Source: a virus (lineage: Duplodnaviria; Caudoviricetes). From it: DNA of 44,071 nucleotides. The notes below the pieces were generated by a model, which saw only the letters and a list, made by a program, of their open reading frames with translations, was not told the DNA's origin and made no database searches. The position numbers were made by a program, and so were the translations under genes. The stretch covers positions 1-44,071 of IMG/VR virus record IMGVR_UViG_3300032233_001236; one strand, given 5' to 3'. Positions 18,668-27,592 of this stretch are shown here, in pieces (the stretch's first letter is position 1; each line of letters begins with the position of its first letter).

Positions 18668-18691
18668 CCAACACCCCCTCCTATTTCATAA
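18473..18691 (+). CDS. 72-aa partner/chaperone, copy 2
   Basis: Near-identical to 15202..15420. Confidence 0.75.
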   Translation: MIGYKLTPEQKEDIQGKEYAPYQIFNCVQDINEVWFTFLTDDDKRSIIGTQYEWLLLCPQEEYIPPTPPPIS

Positions 18692-18816
18692 ACAAATAAC
18701 ATAAGTTAGAAAATTTGGTTATTTCTAAACCCTATTATGTATTCATACATTAAATAAAAAATGTGTATGTAATAACTCCATTATAGTAATATTTATACGA
18801 GAACTAATAATCAATA

Positions 18817-21800
18817 ATGGGGCAGTCTATTAATATACCTAGGATGGATGGTCATGCTAGGTTTGATACTTTACAAGTAGCACTCACTGAAAGCAGTTCT
18901 ATAACTAGAACAGTAGTAGCTGACAATAATGGTAAGTTTTATTATTCTACAGGCAGTACTGGTGGTGGCGGTGGAGGTACAGGCACTGTAACTAATGTAT
19001 CGGTTGTAACCGCTAATGGATTAGCAGGATCTGTAGCTAACCCAACAACAACACCTTCAATTACATTATCAACAACGGTTACTGGCATTTTAAAAGGTAA
19101 TGGTACTGCTATATCGGCAGCAACCCCAGGAACAGATTACATAACATCAACAGCAGGGACTGCATCGTGGTCTCAAAATTCTGTAACATCTTCATTTGTA
19201 ACGGCATCAAATGTCTATGGTCCTTACGGATCAAATAGCGTAATAAGTGCATCTTATACCGCTACATCGTCATTTGCTACCTCAGCTTCTTACGCAGCAA
19301 ATGGTGGAGTTACTCAATTATTAGCAGGAACTAATATAACTTTATCTCCAACAAATGGTTTAGGACAAGTTACGATTAGTTCTACTGGAGGTGGTAGTGG
19401 AAGTAATTATAATACCGCTACAGGATCTTATGGTAGTTTCTATGACACTACCACACAAACAGCAACTACAATTAATACTCCGTATTCGATGTCTTTTAAT
19501 ACAACAGACATTTCAAATGGTGTATCAATTTCAGGATCTGGAAATACAAAAATCAAATTTACTAATCCCGGTGTATATGATCTACAATTCTCAGCTCAGT
19601 TAGCTAGAGCTGTAGGTTCTGGTACTGAAAATGTATTAATATGGATTAGAAAAAATGGATCAAATATATCAAATAGTAACACTAATGTAACTTTTGCTGG
19701 TGGTACAAATGTAAGACAAGTAGCAGCCTGGAACTGGTTTTTGAATGTAGCCGCTAGTGACTACTATGAAATAATGTGGTCTACTACTAGTACAAATATA
19801 GTATTACAATCAGACGCTACCACTACCCCAGCTATACCGTCAGTTATTGCTACAGTTACTAGAATAGATACGTTTTTAAGTAATACTGGATCCTTTAGTG
19901 GATCGTTTACTGGAAATTTAATTGGAACAGCTTCATACGCAAACTACGCATCTCAATCATTAAGCGCATCTTATGCACTTACTGCTTCATACGCTTTAAT
20001 CTCAACTTCGGCTTCATACGCTTCAAATACAACTTCGGCTTCATATGCAACCACAGCATCTTATGCTCTAAGTGCAACTACAGCCTCATACGCCACTACA
20101 TCTTCAAATGTTTTAGGCGGTGCTGCAAATTATATTCCATTATGGAATACGAATACTACTTTAAGCAGTAGTGTAATGTATCAATCTAGTGGAAATGTTG
20201 GTATAGGTACTACATCTCCAGGCTCTTATAAATTAGCAGTAGCCGGTGATGTTCAATTAGGAACAAATCAAAGCAGACCAGTCCAATATGATTCTAACGG
20301 AGGTAATTTTAGAATAACACCCAATGCTGGCGGATGGGCAACAGGATATCTATTTAATAACTTATCAGGAACTTATAAAGGAGGGTTTGGCGCTTATGGA
20401 ACCTCAGCTAGTGATTTTTACTATTATTGGATAGGACCTAACTTTGATACACCTACAATGGTTATTACCTCTGGATCAACAGCATTGGGAGGTAGTGTTG
20501 GTATAGGTACTACATCACCATCAACTAAACTTCATGTTAGTGGTGGTAATTCAACACTTCACGGTGTTATAGTAGGAGATGATCAAACATACGGTTCGCC
20601 TTATAAGGTGGTCTCTTTTGGTAATAATGCTGATGGTAATAACAGAATATTTGCAGCTACAAATACAGCAGATGGAATGTACTTTGCTGCAGCTACTGGG
20701 CGAGGATTTTCCTTTAGACCAAATGGGGGTACGAGTGATCTAGTTATAATTAATTCTAGTGGTAATGTTGGTATAGGTACTACATCTCCCTCATATACAT
20801 TAGATATTAATGGAACCTTTAGATCAAAAGGATTTTGGACTGATGATAGCGCTATCTCTTATTGGGGAAATGGACCAATAACATCATCATATGGAATTTT
20901 AACATATAATACAGGATATGCTGCTGTGTATGCTACAAGCGGTAATAATTTAAGATTAGGAGCTAATAATAGCATATCTCATTTATTTATTTCTGCCAGC
21001 GGTAATGTTGGTATAGGTACTACAGACCCAACAGATAAACTCTATGTATCAGGAAGTGTATATGTAAAAGATGGTATTATACGCATTGAGAAAACTGCTA
21101 GCGACACAGTTCAATTAGGCCCTTCTTTATATTTGATAGGAGGTAGTGGTGCTTCTTATTCTCAATTACAACAAGGCGTAGGTAGGTTTACAATATGGGG
21201 ATTTAATGGATCTTTATGGAATGAAACCCTTACTATCAACAACAGTACAGGTAATGTTGGTATAGGTACTACATCCCCATCAACTAGACTACATACAGCC
21301 GGTTCAACACAAAGTACAGCTGCTGCCGGAGTTGCTAGATTAGGTTTTGCTGATAGCTCCTCAGTAGCATTATTTTCAAATGGTGATGTAAATTATGGTA
21401 CTCTATTCGGTACATTAAGTTCAGGTAAAGGTTGGATACAACAACAAAGAGTTGATGGAACAGCAACAGCTTATGATTTAATACTACAACCTAATGGTGG
21501 TAATGTTGGTATAGGCACTACATCACCATCATCCCTATTAACAGTAGCAGGTAACATATCTAGCTCAGCCGCCGTATATTTCAAAGGTATAACATCTGCA
21601 ACTCAAACTAATATAGTTGGTATAGACACAACAACAGGACAACTATACTATCAAACAACATCATCATTAAATGTAAGTAGTGCATCATATGCAGCAACTG
21701 CATCTAATGTATTAGGTGGAACTACTAACTATCTTGCTAGATGGACTAGCGCTACTACATTAGGTATTGGTGTTGCATACGATAATGGAACTAACGTAGG

Positions 21801-24800
21801 TATAGGTACTACATCACCAGAAGCACTACTACATATAAATAAATCAACAGCAGCAGGTGAAGGTGGTTATTTATACTTAGACAATCCTGCTACATCAACA
21901 CTTGGTAATAAATCGGGAATTAAATTTGGAACCTCAAATGGTGCTTCTTTTGCATCAGTTCCAACAGGAGAGATAACAAATATAGTTACAAGTGCAGGTA
22001 GTGGAGCATCTGCTTTAACATTTGGTACATTTGATGGTTCATCAAGTGGTGAACGCCTCCGCATCACTTCAGGAGGGCAACTTCTTGTAGGAAGTACATC
22101 TTCTATTTTTAGTGCAACCGGTCGTGGGGTTGTTGAGATAAATGGAGTATCTACCTCAATCCTTGCCTTAACAGTTAATGGAGCGAGTGCAGGTTATTTT
22201 TATCATGGAGGAACTGACTTGTCAGTATGGAATGTAATAAGTGGTAATATACAATTCGGTACAAATAACATCGAACGTATGCGCATCACATCTGGTGGGG
22301 ATGTTGGTATAGGTACTACATCACCTGCGTATAAGTTGGATGTCAACGGAACATTAGGTGTAACAGGACAAGCTACCTTTAGTAGTACTGTAGTATTATC
22401 AAGTGCAAGTACTTTATTATCAAACGCTATAGCTGCTATACAATTTAGAAATGCTGGTTCATTAAGATGGGAATTAGATAGAGAGGTTACAGAAACAGGA
22501 AGTAATGTAGGTTCAAATCTAACATTATATAGATACGATGACTCAGGTAATTTTTTAGGAACTTCTTTTACTTTAAGTAGAGCAACAGGAGCAGCTACAT
22601 TTAGTTCAACGGTAACCGCATCATCATTCATCAAGTCGGGTGGTACATCAGCACAGTATTTAATGGCAGATGGTAGTACCTCTACACTTACTAACCCAGT
22701 TACAGGTACAGGAACAACTAACTACTTGCCTAAGTGGACAAGTGGAACTGCGATAGGGGATAGTTTGGTTTATGATAATGGAACTAATGTTGGTATAGGA
22801 ACAACATCGCCAAGTGGGAAATTACAAATAGCAAACTCACCAGCAGATTCGCTAGTATTTGATGCTGATAGTTCAGCATTTGGTGGTAGATATGCATTAT
22901 TACCTGGAATTTTTTCTATAGGTACTCTTGGTAATGGATATCCTGAAGCAGGATACAATTTTGCAACTAGTGGTAGTGTTTATACAAAAATAGGTAACGA
23001 TACTGCTTGGGGTATATCCTATGGCAATAGTAGTGTAATGTCATTTAAATATGCTGCTGCCGGAACAGGTACTTTTTCATGGAACACTGCCATGGTTATA
23101 AACCTTAGTGGTAATGTTGGTATAGGCACTACATCACCGCTAACGCGATTAGATCTTAGAGCAAGTACTAATAGTTCAATAACATCACTAGCTATTGTAC
23201 CTGATACAACAACAACTCTCTTAATAGGTAATATAGGCACTAATGGAGTATTAGCATTAGGTCATGATAACGCAGGACATCCTTGGCTTCAAGGTAGAAG
23301 TGCATTAGCAAATCAACCTGCTGAAGATATTTTAATAAATCCTTTAGGAGGTAACGTAGGTATAGGTACTACATCACCACAAAGTCAATTACACATATAC
23401 AATAACTCAGCAGGTGTAACATTTAGATTGCAAGGTACTCGTACTGCTGACGGAGAGGTAGGTGTAATTAATTTCAGTAATATCACAGATATTGCAGGTG
23501 GATATATTATTGGTTCAATAGCTGTTAATAGAAGCGGATATGATAATGGCGGAGCAATGATTTTTAGTACGGCTACTGCCGCTTCTACTCCTACCGAACG
23601 TATGCGTATAACCAGCGCGGGTACTGTTGGTATAGGTACTACATCTCCACAAAATAAATTACATGTTGATGGTTCTAATGAATTTATAAGAATATCAAAC
23701 TCATCAACAGGTGATGGAGGTATTAAGATAAGCTACCAAAATTCAGACACACATGGTCTACATTTAATTTATAATCCTTCAACAGCTGTTTCGTATATAG
23801 ATAATACTTATCCAACAGCATCTGGTCAGGTATATGGAGACATATACTTTAGACAGAATGTAGGTAGTACTATGACCTCTAGAATGATGATCCAAGCTCG
23901 AAGTGGTAATGTTGGTATAGGTACTACATCACCAGCAACAAAATTACAAGTAAATGGAACATTTGCAAGCAATGCCTTATGGACAGATGCAGCATCAATT
24001 GGTTATTGGGGTAATTACTCAACTGCTTATGGTGGACTTACTTGGGATTCTGGTTATGCTTTAGTATTTGCTGCTGGTGGTAATGCTTTAAGATTAGGAG
24101 CTAATGGAACCAACACATATATGACTATTAATACTAGTGGTAATGTTGGTATAGGTACTACATCTCCTTCATATTTGTTGGATGTCAATAGGTCATCTTT
24201 AGGAGCAATTGCACAATTTATAGCTAATGATGGGACGTATAATCCAAGATTATTAATAAGCGGAACGGCAGAAGGAGTACAGTTGTTTGCTACCTATTCA
24301 ACTGTTGCAGATGCATTAATGTTTGGAACAGGCAATACAGAGAAAATGCGCATCACTTCGGGGGGCAATGTAGGAATTAATTGTACTGCAACAAATGCCA
24401 AACTTGAAGTTGTATCAACTACTGGAGAAGTATTTAGAGCAGATGCAGCGAGTGGGGCATATAGAATAGTAGCAACTCAGACAGGAGTTAATATGAATGG
24501 TAATGTTGGTATAGGTACTACATCGCCTGTAAGGAAATTAGAAGTATATACTACCACTGAGGATCTTCATATTGCTGCTGTTGGTAGTGCACCTAGTTTA
24601 AATCTACTTGATGCTAGTTCCGGCGCTACTATAGCAGGAACAATAGGACTAGCTACAGGTACAAATAATTTTATTCAAAACTCAGTACCTGGAGATTTAT
24701 GTATATCTACTAGAGGATCAACTAATGCCTCCGCCTATATAATGTTTGGATCCGGTAGCACAATGACGGCTTATATTAGTGGTAGTGGAGATATGTACAT

Positions 24801-25098
24801 AGCCGGAACTTTAACTCAAGGATCTACTAGAAATATAAAAGAAAACATTGTACCTATAAGTAATGCGTTATCAATAGTAACACAAATACAAGGCGTTACC
24901 TATAATAAAAAAGACGGTAGTGCAACAAATGAGCCTGGCTTTATAGCAGAAGATATGTATTCTATATTACCTAGTCTTGTATCTTTAGATAGAGCGGGTG
25001 ATCCTCAAGGAATAAAATATACTAATTTAACAGCATATTTATTAGAAGCCATCAAAGAACTTAAAGCAGAAATAGATATTTTAAAAAATAAAACATAA
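18817..25098 (+). CDS. Giant modular tail fibre (2093 aa) with a C-terminal peptidase S74 intramolecular chaperone
   Basis: 15 xxVGIGTT[SD]P linkers, TASYA repeats, a C1q/BclA-like segment (YGSFYDTTTQ...GVYDLQFSAQL), and a C-terminal S.RNIKENI...GFIAED...Y..L.AYLLEAIKEL S74 signature. Confidence 0.88.
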   Translation: MGQSINIPRMDGHARFDTLQVALTESSSITRTVVADNNGKFYYSTGSTGGGGGGTGTVTNVSVVTANGLAGSVANPTTTPSITLSTTVTGILKGNGTAISAATPGTDYITSTAGTASWSQNSVTSSFVTASNVYGPYGSNSVISASYTATSSFATSASYAANGGVTQLLAGTNITLSPTNGLGQVTISSTGGGSGSNYNTATGSYGSFYDTTTQTATTINTPYSMSFNTTDISNGVSISGSGNTKIKFTNPGVYDLQFSAQLARAVGSGTENVLIWIRKNGSNISNSNTNVTFAGGTNVRQVAAWNWFLNVAASDYYEIMWSTTSTNIVLQSDATTTPAIPSVIATVTRIDTFLSNTGSFSGSFTGNLIGTASYANYASQSLSASYALTASYALISTSASYASNTTSASYATTASYALSATTASYATTSSNVLGGAANYIPLWNTNTTLSSSVMYQSSGNVGIGTTSPGSYKLAVAGDVQLGTNQSRPVQYDSNGGNFRITPNAGGWATGYLFNNLSGTYKGGFGAYGTSASDFYYYWIGPNFDTPTMVITSGSTALGGSVGIGTTSPSTKLHVSGGNSTLHGVIVGDDQTYGSPYKVVSFGNNADGNNRIFAATNTADGMYFAAATGRGFSFRPNGGTSDLVIINSSGNVGIGTTSPSYTLDINGTFRSKGFWTDDSAISYWGNGPITSSYGILTYNTGYAAVYATSGNNLRLGANNSISHLFISASGNVGIGTTDPTDKLYVSGSVYVKDGIIRIEKTASDTVQLGPSLYLIGGSGASYSQLQQGVGRFTIWGFNGSLWNETLTINNSTGNVGIGTTSPSTRLHTAGSTQSTAAAGVARLGFADSSSVALFSNGDVNYGTLFGTLSSGKGWIQQQRVDGTATAYDLILQPNGGNVGIGTTSPSSLLTVAGNISSSAAVYFKGITSATQTNIVGIDTTTGQLYYQTTSSLNVSSASYAATASNVLGGTTNYLARWTSATTLGIGVAYDNGTNVGIGTTSPEALLHINKSTAAGEGGYLYLDNPATSTLGNKSGIKFGTSNGASFASVPTGEITNIVTSAGSGASALTFGTFDGSSSGERLRITSGGQLLVGSTSSIFSATGRGVVEINGVSTSILALTVNGASAGYFYHGGTDLSVWNVISGNIQFGTNNIERMRITSGGDVGIGTTSPAYKLDVNGTLGVTGQATFSSTVVLSSASTLLSNAIAAIQFRNAGSLRWELDREVTETGSNVGSNLTLYRYDDSGNFLGTSFTLSRATGAATFSSTVTASSFIKSGGTSAQYLMADGSTSTLTNPVTGTGTTNYLPKWTSGTAIGDSLVYDNGTNVGIGTTSPSGKLQIANSPADSLVFDADSSAFGGRYALLPGIFSIGTLGNGYPEAGYNFATSGSVYTKIGNDTAWGISYGNSSVMSFKYAAAGTGTFSWNTAMVINLSGNVGIGTTSPLTRLDLRASTNSSITSLAIVPDTTTTLLIGNIGTNGVLALGHDNAGHPWLQGRSALANQPAEDILINPLGGNVGIGTTSPQSQLHIYNNSAGVTFRLQGTRTADGEVGVINFSNITDIAGGYIIGSIAVNRSGYDNGGAMIFSTATAASTPTERMRITSAGTVGIGTTSPQNKLHVDGSNEFIRISNSSTGDGGIKISYQNSDTHGLHLIYNPSTAVSYIDNTYPTASGQVYGDIYFRQNVGSTMTSRMMIQARSGNVGIGTTSPATKLQVNGTFASNALWTDAASIGYWGNYSTAYGGLTWDSGYALVFAAGGNALRLGANGTNTYMTINTSGNVGIGTTSPSYLLDVNRSSLGAIAQFIANDGTYNPRLLISGTAEGVQLFATYSTVADALMFGTGNTEKMRITSGGNVGINCTATNAKLEVVSTTGEVFRADAASGAYRIVATQTGVNMNGNVGIGTTSPVRKLEVYTTTEDLHIAAVGSAPSLNLLDASSGATIAGTIGLATGTNNFIQNSVPGDLCISTRGSTNASAYIMFGSGSTMTAYISGSGDMYIAGTLTQGSTRNIKENIVPISNALSIVTQIQGVTYNKKDGSATNEPGFIAEDMYSILPSLVSLDRAGDPQGIKYTNLTAYLLEAIKELKAEIDILKNKT
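20191..24528 (+). repeat. Dispersed in-frame ~30-bp repeats encoding GNVGIGTTSP
   Basis: Copies start at 20191, 20491, 20761, 21001, 21250, 21499, 21790, 22297, 22783, 23110, 23350, 23620, 23905, 24139 and 24499; 10 of them share the exact 18-mer GTTGGTATAGGTACTACA. Confidence 0.92.
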
Positions 25099-25103
25099 AC
25101 AAC

Positions 25104-25475
25104 ATGGAAACTACTTACAATTGGAATTTTAACCCGCTAGAATCTTACCCTACAGCATCTGGAGAAACAGATGTAGTATTCATGGTACATTGGCAGCTAT
25201 ACGCTACTAAAGGTCCATACACTGGTTCATTTACAGGATCATACACCGCTTCTAGTATTGGAACCCAAACCGTTGGTCCTTTACAATCTGGATCTGTATT
25301 TACTCCATTCAATGAATTAACTAAAGACATAGTATTTGGTTGGGTTACTTCATCTATGGCTTCTGGTAGTGTAGATAGATTATATGCTTCATTAGAACAA
25401 CAGATTGAAAATCAAATTAACCCACCAATATTAATTCAACAGGCACCTTGGTTAAATCCAACACCTGCAGAATAA
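25104..25475 (+). CDS. Small fibre-associated protein
   Basis: Y.W......DVV..VHW, F.PF.ELT...V.GWV and QI..QINPP....PW pattern; directly follows the S74 fibre. Confidence 0.7.
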   Translation: METTYNWNFNPLESYPTASGETDVVFMVHWQLYATKGPYTGSFTGSYTASSIGTQTVGPLQSGSVFTPFNELTKDIVFGWVTSSMASGSVDRLYASLEQQIENQINPPILIQQAPWLNPTPAE

Positions 25476-25481
25476 AATAAA

Positions 25482-25514
25482 TTTGGTTGTCTTTAAACTC
25501 TACTGTATATTTAT
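25482..25514 (+). promoter_or_regulatory. Bacteroidota-type promoter (TTTG-N20-TATATTTA) overlapping ATATTTAT
   Basis: TTTG at 25482 and TATATTTA at 25506; same spacing at 27204/27228, 29977/30001 and 41765/41789. Confidence 0.6.
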
Positions 25515-25539
25515 ATATATAAACCAAATAAAATAAATT

Positions 25540-25809
25540 ATGTTAACATTGATTATTGCATTATTAGTAGCCTCAGCTATCCTTACATTTATTCTTATGA
25601 AAAAAGGCAAAATTGCTGATGCAAACAACAACAACATTCCTGACGCTATCGAAGATAAAGTAGAAGCGGTTAAAGAAGTAGTTGAAAAGGTTGAAGAAAT
25701 TGTTAAAAAGGTGTCTAAATCTAAAAAAGTAGAAGCACCAAAACCAGTTGCTAAAATGGATGCTTCAAAACCATCTGCTAGCAATAAACCAGTAAAAAAG
25801 AGTAAATAA
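25540..25809 (+). CDS. Small membrane-anchored protein
   Basis: N-terminal hydrophobic helix, DANNNNIPD motif, Lys-rich tail. Confidence 0.7.
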   Translation: MLTLIIALLVASAILTFILMKKGKIADANNNNIPDAIEDKVEAVKEVVEKVEEIVKKVSKSKKVEAPKPVAKMDASKPSASNKPVKKSK

Positions 25810-25813
25810 TAAT

Positions 25814-26275
25814 ATGGAAAAAGTTACGTTAAAGTTACAAGAATATTATCAGCTTGAAGCTGAATTAAATGGTGTTACCAACCAACAAACAGGTGAAGTA
25901 GTATCTAAAGGCCTATTATCTGAACGAGTAAAATTAACCACTAAGTATTGGTTAGCTGATTTAGCTAAAAAAGTAGCAGCTGAAAAAGAATCAATTGATA
26001 AACTTAGAGAAGAACTCGTTAAAAAATATGGTGTAGAAGAAAACGGTAGTATTAGTATTCCTATCTACATTAATGAAGTAATTGATGATGAAACTAAAGA
26101 AGTAGTTTCTCGTGAAGTAAATCCTGATTTTATTGCATTTCAAAATGATTTCAATCAATTGCTTCAAGAAGAACGCGAATTAGAATATCATCCATTCAAA
26201 TTAGAAGAATTTGAAAATGTAGAAACCGACGGTGTTTATGTTACATTCTTTAAATTAATTAAAGTAGGTGAATAA
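25814..26275 (+). CDS. Hypothetical coiled-coil protein
   Basis: 153-aa acidic helical ORF (KYWL..L....E...REELVKKYG) in operon context. Confidence 0.75.
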   Translation: MEKVTLKLQEYYQLEAELNGVTNQQTGEVVSKGLLSERVKLTTKYWLADLAKKVAAEKESIDKLREELVKKYGVEENGSISIPIYINEVIDDETKEVVSREVNPDFIAFQNDFNQLLQEERELEYHPFKLEEFENVETDGVYVTFFKLIKVGE

Positions 26276-26501
26276 AATATCTGAAATATTTAAGTCGTGG
26301 GTAACTGCGGCTAATCCATCCCCTGAAGAACAAGCGATAGCCCAATATAGGGCTAACGTTTGTGATTCATGTTTTAAAAAAGAATATGTTAGAGCAGTTA
26401 ATACATTTATTTGTAGTGATTGTGGATGTCCACTCAATAAAAAAGTATTTAGCCCTAAACCAGGTAAAGAAGCTTGCCCATTAGCTAAATGGGAAAAATA
26501 A
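26268..26501 (+). CDS. Small Cys-rich putative metal-binding protein (GTG start)
   Basis: CDSC...CSDCGCPL.KK......CPL.KW pattern; overlaps the previous stop. Confidence 0.7.
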   Translation: MNKISEIFKSWVTAANPSPEEQAIAQYRANVCDSCFKKEYVRAVNTFICSDCGCPLNKKVFSPKPGKEACPLAKWEK

Positions 26502-26563
26502 GAGCCTTCCAAAAGGAAAGCTCAAATTTTTGATATTTATTATTGACCAAAACAATAAAATCG

Positions 26564-27220
26564 ATGATAAATATTACTTATAAATTTCCCATTGCTGGGA
26601 TATATAAAATTGTTTCTCCTTCTAATAAAGTTTATATCGGCCAATCTATTAACATTTATCAAAGGTGGGCAAATTACCATTCATTAAATAGAAAAGCAAC
26701 AGGTTTAAAACTTTTAAATTCTTTTCAAAAATATAATTGTAAAAACCATTTATTTACTCTTATAAAAGAATGTCCTATTGAGCAACTTAATGAACGTGAA
26801 ACTTATTGGAAACAAGTAGAATTAGATAAAGTTAATAATGATTGGAGTAAAGTATTATTTTGTGAATTATATGATAATGGTACCGGCCCTCGTTCAAAAC
26901 AAATAAAGGAAAAAATAAGTAAGTCTAGTATAGGCAAAAAATTTAGCGAAACTAGCAAAAAGAAAATGTCAGAGGCTAAAAAAGGCATACCCTTATCTGA
27001 AGATCATAAGCAAAAAATAATCAAAACTAGATTAAGTGAAGAATGGAAACAACAAATACGAAAACCTATCACTCAGTATGATATAAATGGAAATTTTATA
27101 AAAGAATGGAATAGTATTAAAGAAGCAGGAGAATCATTAAATATTAACCAATCTAATATAGGATCAGTATGTTCTGGTAGATTTAAAACTGCTGGTAAAT
27201 TTATTTGGAATTTTAAATAA
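26564..27220 (+). CDS. GIY-YIG homing endonuclease with NUMOD3- and NUMOD1-type DNA-binding motifs
   Basis: GIYKI.SPSNKVYIGQS.NI..R, LNERE.YW, K.KIS/KKMSEAKKG..LSEDHK.KI, PITQYD.NG.FIKEW.SIKEA...L...K.AG.F.W. ATG 26564 preferred over TTG 26543. Confidence 0.92.
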   Translation: MINITYKFPIAGIYKIVSPSNKVYIGQSINIYQRWANYHSLNRKATGLKLLNSFQKYNCKNHLFTLIKECPIEQLNERETYWKQVELDKVNNDWSKVLFCELYDNGTGPRSKQIKEKISKSSIGKKFSETSKKKMSEAKKGIPLSEDHKQKIIKTRLSEEWKQQIRKPITQYDINGNFIKEWNSIKEAGESLNINQSNIGSVCSGRFKTAGKFIWNFK

Positions 27221-27246
27221 AATTTATTATATTAATATAAAAAAAT

Positions 27247-27513
27247 ATGTCAAAACTTACTACGGAAGAATTAGAAAGTATAAAACTATTACAGTCAAAA
27301 TACAACCAAACTATATTTGAAATTGGTGTAGCTGAAGCACAACGCCTTGCCTTGCAAGAGCAAATTGAAAAACTTCAAAGCACTAAAGTAGAATTAGTAA
27401 ATGATCTAGCTACAATTGAAAAACAAGAATCAGATCTAGTAACATCACTCCAAACCAAATACGGAAATGGAGCTATTAACCCAGAAACGGGAGAAATAAC
27501 ACCTGCCCAATAA
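27247..27513 (+). CDS. Small coiled-coil protein upstream of the sheath gene
   Basis: Heptad-rich 88-aa ORF ending L..KYG.G.INPETGEIT. Confidence 0.75.
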   Translation: MSKLTTEELESIKLLQSKYNQTIFEIGVAEAQRLALQEQIEKLQSTKVELVNDLATIEKQESDLVTSLQTKYGNGAINPETGEITPAQ

Positions 27514-27592
27514 TACCCTGCAGTTTATAATTATTTTTAGATATTTATCGATAGGTCAATCCTATTAAATTTTTCAAAAACAATTATACAAA

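Noticed and set aside
18692-18816. tRNA or structured ncRNA in the longer intergenic gaps
   Set aside because: AT-rich, no cloverleaf or T-loop signature; explained by promoter motifs.
20191-24528. CRISPR array interpretation of the 30-bp repeats
   Set aside because: Spacers are 200-480 bp and in frame within one protein; repeats are not palindromic; no cas genes are present.
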